Notes: a model not told the origin generated them from the sequence alone. DNA of 64,000 bases from Felis catus (GCF_018350175.1 NC_058368.1:79238001-79302000); one strand, 5' to 3'. Positions 38,501 to 51,895 are shown, numbered from the stretch's first letter. Numbers and translations: made by a program.

Positions 38501-40191
38501 GTTACTCTTTCACTTCCCAGATTTAATTCGCAAACTAAATTTCTTGGAAATATTCCTCTGAAATGGCTAAAATGTGATCATATTGGGTCAGTTTATGTTT
38601 CTAAATATTTGAGTCTCTTTCTCCTTATTATGTTATCTCCTAAAGGTTTCCAAATTAATAAACAAAATTCTGAGAAAATAAACATCATCAAAACGTAGGC
38701 AAGTCGTAGCTAAACATGATGCATTAAGGACCGCATACACTTGCCGTGATGTTTTTTTCTACTGCTTCCTGAATTTGCGCACGGCACTGTGCTCTGGGCT
38801 GCTCGACCCTGCTCGACCCTGCTAGGCCTTCCAGCATTACTCAGCAAAGAGGCAGAAAATGGCCCAGCTTCATCCCCAGTAGCCCTGCAGAGTTATGTGC
38901 TAATTACAAGGGAAGTCATCCAGCAGAGACAAGCAAAAAATGACACCGAGGAAGAAGATCTCGCCATTAGGTACCAACAAGTGCCCTAGACTCTGAACCA
39001 CAGTTTCCCTCCTCATAAAGAGAAGGGTTGCAACAGATCTTCAAGGTTCTTTGCGAAACTAGAACCCATTATTGTTCAGTGCCTTCTGGCAATGGCCTAG
39101 AAAGCACCTTTTTTTAAGAAGAGATTCACAAGTAGGCAATGCATGAGCCTGGTGTCTTCATATATGAGACAAGACCAAACTTAAGACCATGACATAAGTA
39201 AACCAAATATAGAGTCATCTGTTTGCGACCTGTAGAAAATGGGAATATACAGCCTGCTTTTTCACTTGCCATGCTGGCCCTTCTCCAAATTGGTTCCAAA
39301 TTCCTGATCTGCCAGAGAGCCCGCAATTAGACAAAACAGGTGAGGAGAAATCTCGCCAGTATTAAAGGCAGAAGACAAACTTTTATAGGGATAGTAAATA
39401 AAATGAGAAGAGATCTGTAATTAATTTTTTTTAAACATAATTTTGCTGGCTTAAGCACACCTTCCTTTCCCATACCCGCATCACTCTTCTCCCATAGGAT
39501 AGCAGATAATGAGCTATTTGGAATTTGTTCTCTTTACTTTTCTTCTCTAAATGAATTATCCTTGGAAACATTATTAAGTACCTTTGAAAGTATAATTTCG
39601 GTAGCAGCAATATAATTCATTATAATTAAAAAATTCGAGTCCTCGTTATTTCTCGATCTTCAACTAAAATAACTAACACTACAACAAATATCCTTATAAT
39701 AACTCCTTGCTTCAAGATTATTTATATGATAAATTACAACTATTTTTTAGACCCTAATCAGATTGCAAGTTCTTCAGGCTGGGGACCCTATCATATGTCA
39801 TCACCGTATCATTTAATATTTGTGTTACCAAGTCAGTGATAAGCTGTAGTCTGTAATGAAGGCCTTTCAGGAAGGTGCCTGTCAATTGCTTGGACATTAA
39901 GAATTGAGATTTATTTTAGAGAGCCCAGCTCTGAAATAAACGTGTATCAGAGGAGAGATAGAAAATCAACTTAGAGAAACAGACAGGCTCTCATGTCTAC
40001 AAAACTTAACTTTAGCATCATGATGGAAAAAAAAGAAAAACATTGCCAGGGGGTTGAAGGAGAGGGGTGGGGCCATGCACACACTGATAAAATTTTAACA
40101 ACTGACACAAAGGTAGACATTGCTTCCCTAACGTTTATGGAGTCAGATTTTTGTGCCAAATACCTCAAAGTGTTCTTTTCCCCATGAGCAA

Positions 40192-40782
40192 AGACATTTT
40201 ATTTACAGAACTAATGCCAGTCCTTCTCAAACTCTTCCGAAAAATCGAAGAGGAAAGAACACATCCAAACTCATTTTATGAAGCCTGCATTCCCCTGATA
40301 TCAAAGATAGATAAGGACACTACATGAAAAGAAAACTGTAGACTCCGATCTGAATATAGATGCAAATATTCTCATGGAAATATTAGGAAACTGAATTCAG
40401 AAACACATTAAAAGGATCATACATCATGACTAAGTGGGACTCATCCCTAGGATAGAAGGATGGGTTCAACATGCACAAATCCATCATCGTGATACATTGC
40501 ATGAATAGAATAAAGGATTTGTAAAAACACGATCATCTCAATCGATGCAGAAAAAGACGTTTGACAAAGCACAACACCCATTCATAATAAAATCCCTCAA
40601 CAGACTGGGCATAGAACGAACTTACCTCAACAGGACAAAGGCCATGCATGACAAGCCCACAGCTAACATCCTCTTCAGTGGTGAAGAGGTTGAAGGTTGA
40701 AAGCTTTTCCTCCAAGACCGGGAACAAGACAGCGGTGCCCACTGTCACCACTTCTGTTCAGCATTGTACCGGAAGTCCCAGC
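40192..40782 (+). mobile_element. L1 ORF2 reverse-transcriptase-domain fragment, decayed
   Basis: Translates in shifting frames to L1 ORF2 motifs such as PNSFYEA, NIDA, IKRIIHHD, IISIDAEK..FDK.QHPF, DKPTANI and CPLSPLLF, with stops and frameshifts. Confidence 0.93.
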
Positions 40783-41332
40783 TGTGCACAGCTGTTATTT
40801 CTCAGCTTCTGTGCCGGCCCTTGGGGATAGACGGACAAGCAAACCCCGCGTTACCCTCAGGGAGCTCGCCATCTGAGAGAGTCCCAGCAGGGGGAATAGG
40901 CTACTTCAGGGGTAATTCCTGCCACGTGGTCAATCCAGGGGCCATAGAGGTCGAGAGCGCAGGTGAGCTTCAGAGAACATTTCTACGATGACAGCAGATC
41001 TGCATGAAAATGTCCGGGAGGCGGGGCAGGGCAGGAGTTACTAGGGTACATGGGTGAAGATTGGTAACATGGGGAGAAGAATGAGGCAAAAGTGGCTTCC
41101 AGGGAGAGAAAAGCACGTAAGGCATTTTGGGGTCAGGAAGCTGCGCGTCGCCCCGAGTGGATAGCCCACAGGGTGTGACCTGACATCCCATTAGAGGCAG
41201 AATACACAGCGCGAGGATCTCATGGTCATGCTAAGGCGCAGACCCAAAGGTTTGTAAGCACGGAAGTGACTCGATCGTTGCCTCTTTAAATGTCTCCAGC
41301 ATCTATTACACTCCTGCCCTGCTCGGTCATCT

Positions 41333-41561
41333 TTTTTTTTTTTTAATTTTTTTTTCAACGTTTTTTATTTATTTTTGGGACAGAGAGAGACAGAGCATGA
41401 ACGGGGGAGGCGCAGAGAGAGAGGGAGACACAGAATCGGAAACAGGCTCCAGGCTCTGAGCCGTCAGCACAGAGCCCGACGCGGGGCTCGAACTCCCGGA
41501 CCGCGAGATCGTGACCTGGCTGAAGTCGGACGCTTCACCGACTGCGCCACCCAGGCGCCCC
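41333..41561 (-). mobile_element. Young SINEC_Fc
   Basis: TSD TCGGTCATCT at 41323-41332 and 41562-41571; long T tract; CpG-rich. Confidence 0.97.
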
Positions 41562-42176
41562 TCGGTCATCTCATAAATGCGTGCGTTGTGCTACGAGGTA
41601 GGGGTTACTACCCTCATTTTCCTGCTACTCCCCGGCCCCTCGCCCAGAGTCACACAGGGGCAGCCGCGGGGCTGGCTCCCTGGCCGAGGTGTGGAAGAGC
41701 CTGGAGTCTTCCTGTTGTTCAAGCTTGCCGACCACCAAGCTCAGAGCCGGCGACTGGACCGGGCGAGGGCCGAGTCGGCGTGCGATCGGTGCCCTTCTTG
41801 CTGACGACGGTGGCAAGGGCTTCCTAACCCAGGTCACCAATGACGACATGAAGTAACACTGGGTTCGGGGCCGCCCACTGCCAAAGACTGTGGCTAAGAT
41901 CCTGTTAGGTCTCAATTGATCTGTTTTTAATGATCTGGTTTTACTTAGCTGCAGGCTCCAGCAAATGTGTAGTTTAAGCAATGCCGAGATGAAAGTACGT
42001 ATGGTCAAGGCCACGGGCTAACCACAGCAGCGGGCTTCATCTGGAGGAGGGAGGCTTTGAAGTGTCCTGAAGTGTATTTAATGGCAGAAGAGAGTGCTCT
42101 GGATACACTGTTGAGTGAGAAAAGCAGGCTGAAAAATTGATATGCTGTATATTGGATAATGTGTTTTATAGTCACT

Positions 42177-42208
<32 letters not shown>

Positions 42209-42365
42209 GACTAGAAGGGAAAATGCTGGAATGGAACGTGTCAAAACAAAAATGGTGTATGTACACAAACAGAATAGCAGATTTACAGATAACGTTAACT
42301 TTTCTGTATTTTCAAAATTCTCAATAATGAACATGTGTTGCCTTTTACACTAAAGAATTATTTTC

Positions 42366-42464
42366 GGGGCACCTGGCTGGCCCAGTCAGTAGAGCACGTG
42401 ACTCTTGATCCCGGGGTCGTGAGTTCGAGCCCCACGGTGGGGGTAGACCTTACTTAAAAAAAAA
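42366..42464 (+). mobile_element. Short tRNA-like carnivore SINE
   Basis: Perfect TSD AAAGAATTATTTTC at 42352-42365 and 42465-42478; A-box-like head and GTTCGAGCC B box; poly(A). Confidence 0.94.
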
Positions 42465-42500
42465 AAAGAATTATTTTCTTCAAGAAATAATGTCATAAGA

Positions 42501-42727
42501 GGGAACGCACCTGGGTGGCTCAGTCAGTTAAGCATCCAACTCTTGATTTCAACTCAGGTCATGATCTCATGGTTCCTGGGATTGAGCTTCACATTGGGCT
42601 CTGCACTGACAGCATCAGTGTGGAGCCTGCTTGGGATTCTCTCTCTCTATCCCTTTCTGGACCACCCCTGTTCTCTCTCTACATAAATGAATAAATAAAT
42701 AAACAAACAAACAAACATTAAAAAAAA
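42501..42727 (+). mobile_element. Can-SINE, older
   Basis: TCATAAGAG duplicated on both flanks; full body. Confidence 0.93.
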
Positions 42728-42754
42728 GTTATCATAAGAGACTTACAAAAGCAT

Positions 42755-43223
42755 CTTTTTTATTGAGATATACACCAATAAAAGTACACAAATCATAATG
42801 GTAAGCTGGTTAAGTGCCTCAGATAGACACCTTCATGTAACCAGCACCCAGATCAAGAAAGAGAACATTACCAACATTTCCAGAAGCTTCTCTCATGCTC
42901 CTCCAACCATCACCACCTTTTAATCATAAATTCTAACACCACAGAAAAGTTGTTTCTTTTTGAATTTTATATAAGTGGAGTGGAATGCATTTGGCTTATT
43001 TAGAGCAACACCAGCTTATGAGAATCCATCCACACTCTTGTACGTAGCAACGGTTTTCCGTTCTCTGTGCCACATCATATTCAGTGTGTGAGAACGCTGC
43101 CTTGAGATTGTCTCCGTGTTGGAGCTGTTAGCAACAGTGTTGCTCTGAACACTCTCAAGTATACTTTTTAGTCAACATGTGAGTGCATTTCTTTGGGTAC
43201 ATCTTTAGGAGTGGAATTGCTGG

Positions 43224-43295
<72 letters not shown>

Positions 43296-44030
43296 AAGAA
43301 AGAATCTCAAGCAGCCTCTGTGCTCAGCACAGAACCCAACACAATGCTCAATCCCACAGCCCTGGGATCATGACCTGAGCCGAAATCAAGAGTCCGATGC
43401 TCAACCAACTGAGCCCCCCAGGTGCCCCGCTGACCATGTGTGATGCACAAGCTCTCCTTCAGTGGGTGTTTCAGAGTCTTTCCGAGTGACCGTGCCTTTT
43501 ACCCTCTCACTAACTGTCCATATGTCCTGGTTGTCACACATCCTCACTGACCCTTAGCCATTTTAGAGGCTTCAGTTTGCATTTCCCTCACGCATCATGA
43601 AGGTATGCACCTTTTCAGATGTCTAACAGCCAGTTGGATATCCTCTCTTGTGATGTGACTTTTCTAGCCTTGTAAACCAGTCTTCCTCTTGCATTATTTG
43701 TCTGTGTCTTATTGATTTATGGGAGCTGTTTGTACCTTGCAGATACAAGTCTTTCGTCTAATAGATGTACCTGCAAATATCTTTCTCTGCTGTCCAGCTT
43801 ATATTTTCAGTCTCTTAATGGTCTTTTTTTGTGAACTGAATTTATTGACTTTAATGTGGCCTAATTTATCAGTTTTTAATGATTAGTGTTTTGGGGGTTT
43901 TAGGTAAGATGTGTTTTTGTATTCAGAGTCACCAGGATATTCTCGTATGCTTTATTCTAACAAGTGTATTATTTTACCTTTCACATTTCGGTGCGTCATC
44001 CAACAGGGATTGATTTTTATAGATAATGGG
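42755..44030 (-). mobile_element. Old L1M (L1ME/L1MD-like) 3' end and ORF2 tail
   Basis: tttattgagatatac...gtaaccagcacccagatcaagaaagagaacattacc...taggagtggaattgctggg...gtttgcatttccct...cctgcaaatatcttt. Confidence 0.85.
43228..43428 (-). mobile_element. Can-SINE with (TA)n tail, nested in the L1
   Basis: Head revcomp ...ccaggtgcccc at 43428; tail converted to (TA)n. Confidence 0.92.
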
Positions 44031-45091
44031 ATGTGCAGGTCAGGATTGTCTGGCCACTTTTTAAGATCCCCAAACAAATCACTGGAAAATAATTTTAGAA
44101 ATCTGTACTGCCACCTCTGTCCTCAAAGACAACGATTCTTTCCGACGAAACAACAGTCAGCTGAGAAGAGCCCTTGGTCAGGCGAGAGGGGGCAGGGCCA
44201 CCGCGGATTACACGGCAGTCACATATGCTCTGCACACTTGTTACTCAGAGTGATGCTGCAAGCTAGGTCTATTTATTCCCACTCTATAGATGATGATTAT
44301 ATGAGAAATAAACCAGTTCGCCCACAGTCATATGTTTAATAAATGCAAGAGGAAGGATTCAGTCACATCTTATCTGACCCAAACCCTTGCTTTATCACTG
44401 CTCCCTAAGCACAAAGTAAGGGAAACAGGCAGAGATCATTCACGGGGGTTGAAGTTTACAGCTTACTTCCACCAAGACCACGAGATCCAGTCACATGGGC
44501 CTGTGCACCATCAGTTTTGTGTTTCTGACCCTCCAGATCAATAGACGGGCAACTGATTGGATTGACTATATTCATTTTGATTTATTTTCTATGATGGCTT
44601 CAGGAACTGGATTGATTCTGCTCTGGCCCAGTTATTTCAGAGAGAAAGACAGTCCCGAGGTTAAAATTATGTAGCTCACTCTGATAAATAAATTAACACG
44701 GCATTTGTCACTAGCGTCATTTGCATTTGAATGAACTTTTCAGAGACCTCTGTCTGGAAAAAAGAGGATTCCATAAGTTACTCAGCCACTGGGAGCCTTC
44801 AGCAACTCACTTCCAAGAATCGTTTATCTGAGAGTGACCCTGATGAAAAAGCATCACTTCCCTAATTGTTGTGAAAATCAGAGCTCTATCTTGTGTTTTC
44901 CTAAACCCTCGTTCCACAAACATATTAAGGGGCAGTGGCTGCTTTATGGTCTCAATCATTTAGGAGGAAAGGAGGCTATGGCTGTTCAGCATTTGCATGA
45001 GGCGGTCCCGTTACCTGGACATGTGCAGCAGGATGTTAGGTAAGTGGTTCTCTGATCCACAGATCAGCTGATGCCTGGTATCGGAAGGACA

Positions 45092-45223
45092 TTTCTTCTC
45101 CCTTCCCCCTCCTCCTTCCCCCTCCCTTCCCCCTCTTCTCCATCCTCTCTCCTCCTCCTCCTCTCCTACCTCCTTCCTCTCCACCCCTCCTCGCCCCTCC
45201 TCCCTCTCCCCCTCCTTCCTCTT
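45092..45223. repeat. Polypyrimidine (CCT)-rich low-complexity tract
   Basis: Direct reading. Confidence 0.9.
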
Positions 45224-46301
45224 CAATACAACATGTCACATCTATCTGCTGGAACGCACTTTTCTCCTGACGTTAATATTCTAAACAAACAGACATATTA
45301 CATCAATCTAATCAATACACTTTGAAACTCATGAGCATCAAAGTTATGGAAATGTATTTTGTACGTCTTCAATGTTCAGCTAAAAATCAATAAAAATCCA
45401 TTATCTAATATTTCAACTGCTGCACACTTGAGACAGTTAAAAATAAATATCTCCAAAGAAAAAAATTAAACTGTCTTACACAATTACTAATTATTGATAT
45501 TTACTTCTTATAATATTATACCTAGTGGACAATTATTGGTAATTAAATGTATAGAAGGTCAGCCTCAAAGGAGAAGAAATGTGAAATTGTTAGACTGAGA
45601 CATTTCAGATGCGTTGGTGACTGCTTCCGTGAATATTAACATTTTAAGAGACACCCACTAGTTCAATATTATTGGTTACTGTTTCTAAACATTGATTTAG
45701 TTTTAAAATGTGTATCTAGGAATCATAGATAACTAATGTCAAGTTGAAGATAAAATACTTACCATAATAGCCTAAAACTTTGCTGGATTTAAAGAAAAAG
45801 TAAGAGAGACACACAGATGCTGAGCTATTTAAAGACTAACACCCAACATCCTCAATGAAACGGAATCTGAAGAAAAAGTTGAGATCTGACGGACTATTTG
45901 TTGGGAATAAGGTAGTCAGTCGTAAGCTTTGACACCCATAATTGGATGTTGATTTCTTTAAAGCTCTCCCCACCCCCACACGGGGTAGGAATTTGATGTA
46001 AACATGGGGACACAGGCTTAGAGAGGTCAGACCATGACACTACAGTCTTCTGCTCAGGCCAGGCTGCCAATCTGCCACTGGGAAGCCTCCTTATCCAGCA
46101 ACCCTGAGATTCGAGGGCATTTCCATGTCCCTTATTATCTCACACCGGAGATGCTTAATACAGGACCAGGTTTGAAAGGCCAAACATCAGTAAAGATATG
46201 GCGTATCTTGTCCTTGACAGTGATGAATCATATCTGGCACCTGAATGGCCCCAACACCTATTTACAAATAGTCGTAAACATTTGCTGAGAGAGCCTCTAT
46301 G

Positions 46302-47300
46302 CATTCACTCACCCGACAATATTTATTGAGTTCTACTGTGTGCCAGGCACTGTGCAGGAGGCTGGGAACACCACCCTGAAATGAGACATGGCTGCCTGGA
46401 AAGAGCTCAAAATGTAGGGCAGAAAACAGTGGCAGAGACAAATACGTACCGTGCGAGAACCCTGGATAGGTTCCTAACTCAGTTTTGTAGTGCTCAATGG
46501 AGTCTTTTTGGAGGAGGTGACCTTAGATCACAGTTTGAAATAAGAAGTGGGGCTTTGGTTGGGCAGGTCATGGGAGCAGAGCCTCTGGGAAACAAGGGCT
46601 GCAAGTTCATTGTCAGGGACACTTGAACAAAAGGGGCTCCTTAAAGAAAGAGCAAGTATTTTTGTGTTAGGAGAGGAGTGGCAGATGATGGAATTGCTGG
46701 CCCAGCCAGCAAGTCTGAATTCACCTCAGGGCAATCTGGAGCAGAGAAACAAGGGGACGAGACTTGGTTTAGGAAACAAAGTCATTCCGGCAGCTATGAG
46801 AAGATGAATTGGTAGAGGAGGAGGATGAGGGCGACGTCTAAGAAAACCCATCGAGAGGCTCCTGGTGATGGCGAGGGTGAGGAGGGCGAGCACCAGGTTG
46901 GGACAGAGGGCACTGCATTGGGCAGAGGCAGGAGGAAGACGAAGGAAAGCCTGAGGCTTCCATGGAGGTCCCCACAGAATGGCAGCCCCGCCATGGCGGA
47001 CTGGGAATGTGGGATGGGGAGAAGGGGAGTGGAGCAGCTGACTCCGGCTCAGAGCTGAAGGTGCAGGTGCTTATGTGACATAGCCTGGGGCCTGCCTGGA
47101 GGTGACTGGGGTCTGGGACTGGAGATTCAGCTGTGGAGGCAATCAGAGCATAACCCGGAAGTCAGGGGGGCTGGAAGGCCACGTGTGAGGTGGGACGAAG
47201 GACATGACAGGAAGACGCCAGAGGCCCCAGAGAACAGCCATCACTGGGCTGCGGAGAACGCGGAGCCTGAGAAGGAACTGGAAAAGGAGCAGTTGGGGAG
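46302..47300 (-). mobile_element. L2 fragment(s)
   Basis: cattcactca...atatttattgagttctactgtgtgccaggcactgtgc is the L2 terminus; purine-rich degenerate body follows; right end uncertain. Confidence 0.65.
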
Positions 47301-47527
47301 GGAGCTTACATTCTTTCAGTCCAGCAACATGTAACGTCTCCTTGTTTACTTAAAAGGATTACTCTGATTATTTTTAAATTATCACGGTTCGTTGTTTAAA
47401 GCTTGGAAAATATATACTTGTATATATAAAAATACAGTTTCCCATAATCCCATCCTTCTGGAAAGACCACTTTTCACCCTTTTCCATGCATCTCAATTAT
47501 ATGCATCACTTAAACTACTGCCACCTT

Positions 47528-47530
<3 letters not shown>

Positions 47531-47575
<45 letters not shown>
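47531..47575. repeat. (AT)n microsatellite
   Basis: Direct reading. Confidence 0.97.
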
Positions 47576-47578
<3 letters not shown>

Positions 47579-47730
47579 ACACATCGTGGCTCAGTAGGTT
47601 AAGCATACGAGTCTTGGGTTCGGCTCAGGTCATGATCTCATGGTTCATGAGTTCGAGCCCTGCATCAGGCTCTGCACTGACAGCTGGAAACCTGCTTGGG
47701 ATCTCTCCCTCTCTCTCTACCCCTACCCTG

Positions 47731-47783
<53 letters not shown>

Positions 47784-47795
47784 AAGAAAAAAAAA
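47576..47795 (+). mobile_element. Can-SINE with expanded (CT)n
   Basis: gtggctcagtaggttaagc...caggtcatgatctc...gagttcgagccc. Confidence 0.93.
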
Positions 47796-48193
47796 CACAA
47801 AAAGTTCCAAGTGAAGAAAGAATTTGCTTTTTTGTTTTTTGCAGTTGACTTCTATACTTCGACATATAATGATACACCCTTTCATTTTGAGGGAAATGCA
47901 TTTATTGTTTTAGCCTCAAACATAGAGAATTGATAAACATTTCCACAGAACTATGTATAGATGAGCTGTATCCTGTCTGCAGAAAATTATTCTTACGGTG
48001 GGAATTTTTCAATTAAAATATTTTAACATAGCCTTCTTAAATATATAAACTCAAAAAACATACATTTAAATTTTGCAGACCAAAATTCTAAGAAACCAAA
48101 TTTCAGCTTTTCTAAGTCAGGTAAAACCTTCGTATACTTTTCAAACAAGTGTCTGGAGGGACCAGTTTCTATACAGTAGCTTCTTCCTGTGAC

Positions 48194-48283
48194 TTGAGTA
48201 ATGTAGCTGCTCTTTGTTGAGTAATGTAGCTGCTCTTTGTTGAGTTGTAGCTGCTCTTTGTTGAGTAATGTAGCTGCTCTTTG
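48194..48283. repeat. Minisatellite, 4 x 23 bp (TTGAGTAATGTAGCTGCTCTTTG)
   Basis: Units at 48194, 48217, 48240 (21 bp, lacks AA) and 48261. Confidence 0.96.
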
Positions 48284-50519
48284 GGATCTTCCATCGATTT
48301 CGCCATTTTTGTTTGCTTTTACATTCTTCTCTATTCTGATTGCCTAACCGTAGGCATTTTTTCCAGAACAATTTTAGATTCTAAATCAGGGATAGATTTA
48401 AGTGCTGGCCCACATGTCCAGAGTCCACAAACCAGACTAAAACAAATGCTCAGCTGTTCGTGGCCACCTGAGGTTTGAGGAGCCTTCATTGTGTCTGGCC
48501 GTGTGCAAGCAAATTCTCAGCTTCTCCTTGGCTGGATGCTAAAGAGGGGACACCACAGACTGGAGAGGCAGGCTTGCAGCCACAATGCACAGGAAACCAT
48601 GGATTGCCACGTGGGTGGGAGTGGAAGAGCATCAAGGGAAGAACAGGAAACTGTCCTCAGGACTAAGGTATAGCTGAGGCAGCTTTGGGGCAGATGGCAT
48701 GGACTGGGCTCACTCCCTCCAGAACCTCGAGAGGCCACCTCGCTGCTGGGCTAGAGGCTGGTGGGACCCACTTGGTTCCAGGCTCCAGTGATCAGTGTCT
48801 CCACGCATTGTCCTGCATAACCCAGGCTAACCCGAAGATGAGCTCAGTCTTGACTCGGGGACTGCGGGCAAGGACACAACCCTCCCGGATCCCCAGGCTT
48901 GAGTCCGTGTCCTGCCCTGAGCAACCCAATGGCACAATGCCCTCTCTGATCCCGGTCACACCTTCCTCTGCCAACAGAATAACTCTTTTAAACCAGGACA
49001 AGCCCTGAAAAATTCCCTGCGAGGTATCTTTCAGAAAACTCACCTACCCAGGGAGTTTAAAAATCGCACCTTGAAATAACAGTGACGGAAACATCTACAT
49101 CCTTACCTTTTAAGATGCAACGTTTCTAGTGAGGCAGGAACATCTTTGGGACCCTGGCCGTGGCTTTATCTCACAAGGTGTCTTGAATCTATATCATTTA
49201 CATCCAAAGGCAAGACATTGCACCAGTCTGTGAGCAGAAGAAGCAGTGTTCATCATTGAACGGGTACCGGTCAGCATGCACCCTGAGGTACACTGGGACT
49301 TCTTTCCTCCCTGTCCCCATCAGCACAGAGTGCAAGTTGCTCAAAGCCACGTACATTTTGCTGCGTTCCTTAGAGCAGAAAATATTGGAAGAGAGATTAA
49401 ACTGCTATCCTCTGAGGTATTCAATAAGGGTCTAAGAGCAAAGTAAGACCCTTAAGAATGAAATGTACCTCAAAAGTCACCCAGACTTTTGTCTTGGATC
49501 CACTAATGGCCAAGAGCCACTGCTTGCACTGACACGTGTGTCACAGGAGAGACAGGGCAGCCAGGTAATTGCCATCTCTTATAGCTGTGAACCCAGGTGT
49601 AAACTGAGGAGAAGTGTTTTTTTTTTTTAAGTGTGAAATTCACCAAGATTTAAAAACACATGCCTTCCCAATAACATTTCCCTCAATCATTTTTCTCTTC
49701 GACACCAAATCCAAGGAAATCTAGGTGCTGCCTACGGAACTGTTTGAATTCGGAGCTTCTTAATTCCGGGGTTTGAAAACGGATTTTAAGATAAAATACC
49801 CAAACAAAATTTCGTTTGTCCTTTATAAGCAATCTCAGACTCAACATAATTTACTCTTTGTGGTTATATCATTTAAAAAAAAAAAAAACCAAACAAACCC
49901 ATGTGGACTGCTTTTGCATCTGGCCTGTGTCTAAATTCGTGTATGATAACAGGAGCCTCACGCGGAGATCTGCACACACACACACACACACACAGCACGA
50001 GCCGCTGCTGAACCGGGTCCTGCTAATTATCCAGCAGACACTGCGGCTGTTTTCGTGTTTCGCTCCCTCACACGGGGGCATCGTGGGGCGCTCAGCACTG
50101 CAGTGGCGCCCAGACTGTCTGGCCTGTGGAGACCTTTCTGTCTGGGACAGTACCATTCTGTCTAGACAGGGAGAGACCGTATGTTCTGGTTTTTATTCTC
50201 AAGGCCGACAGCACCCAAGGCAGCTCTGTGATGAGGCTGCCTTTCAAAATGTTTGAAATCCACGAGCGCTCCTCCTGAAGATGCCGCAAGGTCAAAGTCG
50301 GGCTCAGTGGCTTTGCGTGTGCCCCCGAGTGTGCAGGGCGGTTTACCCTCTCCGGTGGGGAGCCGCCAGCTGCAGGCGTGGCTCTCCCAGCCGCAGCAGC
50401 TCTCTGTGAAAGAGAGCACTTTGCTTGCAAATGATGAGCACAGCGTCCCTTGTTGGGAAGGAGAGGGAGCCTGACCAGCCAGAAAGACGGCCGGTTTAAA
50501 AAACACGGTTGCTCTCAAA

Positions 50520-50770
50520 CAGCTCGGCCCTTCCCAGCTCCCAATTAGGCCTCGCCATAAACGCACTCGCTTTAACCTCAGAAGTCAAAATCTTGGACGT
50601 GCACGGTGATTCCAAGAAACGTTCAACATCAAATGGAAATGTTATAATCCACGCGAAGCCTACTGCTCTGCAGGTGTTAACCCAGCGGTTCAAAGTGGCT
50701 TCTCCTATTTAATGAGGGGAATTAGCTCCATAAAAGTTTATATGCTGGGTGCTCTCCATATCGTGCGTGC
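50520..50770. promoter_or_regulatory. Candidate enhancer / conserved non-coding element
   Basis: Repeat-free; CCATAAA x2, TCF-like ACATCAAA and TTCAAAG, several TAAT cores; retained CpGs. Confidence 0.35.
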
Positions 50771-51715
50771 ATTCTTTCTGTCCTGTGTTATTCTCCTTGC
50801 TCTAATGAAACCTTCAAAGAACTCAAATGCCCTGTGGCTATCAGATTTTCCAGATCAGACACCGTGGGACAAATAACTTGCATTTTTTGATTGTACCTAG
50901 TGAAAGAAGTTTTATTTTGTTTTTCATTGTTCTTGGACGAAAATCCAGAATTCCGTTGCTCGGGCTTTTTAAAGCGTCGCTCAGTTCCCTAAGCATCGCT
51001 TCGTTCCCTTTGAACTAATCATAAATTCCCATTTCAAAGAACTAACTAATATTCCCTAAAAGGTACTTTTTGAAGAGACGTTTTGCATAAGACGTCTTAT
51101 GATAGCTCGTAGTGAACTAAAAATAAAACCCTACAACTGTACATAGAACTCATTTATTTCCTCAGAAGATAAATTTTAAAGAGATATCTTTTTTTTTTTA
51201 AGAAAAAAGAGCTAACTATATTCCTCTATGTGAGCAGAGTATAAAATTATCTACATTTGCAAAATTAACTTGGAAAATTCAGACTGGCTTCGCTAGGGGT
51301 TCCTGGGGATAGAGTTAAATCTCCTTCTCCACCCCCAGTCACAGGACACGCACGCACCCACAGCTGACCCACCATTTTTCTCGTCCTGTTAGCATCTCCC
51401 TCCACTAAGACACATGTGTTGCCCTAGGTATGACCACGTAGTCCACATTTATTAAATACTTGAGCCTTACAGACCCTAAAGTGAAGTTGTGTGTGTGTGT
51501 TTTTTTTTTTTTTTGCTTCCGTCTGACTGATGATAGTAGTAACACAGAGACGTGTAGGCTAGTACTCAAAGAGCACACATGTGGGGAAAATATTTAACTC
51601 TTACCTCAGACCCTAAACTTTTACATCCTTGTTTTGATCAAATCTGAATGATAAGCATATTAGATAGCATAATTCTTATCTTGAATAGCACCTTGCACTT
51701 TTAAGGGCATTAAAT

Positions 51716-51730
51716 TGTGTGTGTGTGTGA

Positions 51731-51782
<52 letters not shown>

Positions 51783-51895
51783 GAGAAATGGAAGGAAGGG
51801 AAGGAGGGAGGGAAAGAAGGAGGGAGGGAGGCAGGGAAGAAGGAAGGAAGGAAGGAAGGAAGGAAGGAAGGAAGGAAGGAAGGAAGGAAGGAAGA
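51716..51895. repeat. Compound (TG)n(AG)n(GGAA)n microsatellite
   Basis: Direct reading. Confidence 0.96.

Noticed and set aside
40192..40782. Functional or novel reverse transcriptase gene
   Set aside because: Decayed L1 ORF2 piece with stops and frameshifts
42366..42464. Possible tRNA gene (also 4118-4240)
   Set aside because: Poly(A) tail, TSD and SINE-type head show it is a tRNA-derived retroposon
48194..48283. CRISPR-like array
   Set aside because: No spacers, no cas genes, mammalian DNA
51086..51101. Perfect 16-bp palindrome CATAAGACGTCTTATG
   Set aside because: Roughly one is expected by chance in 64 kb (64000/4^8)
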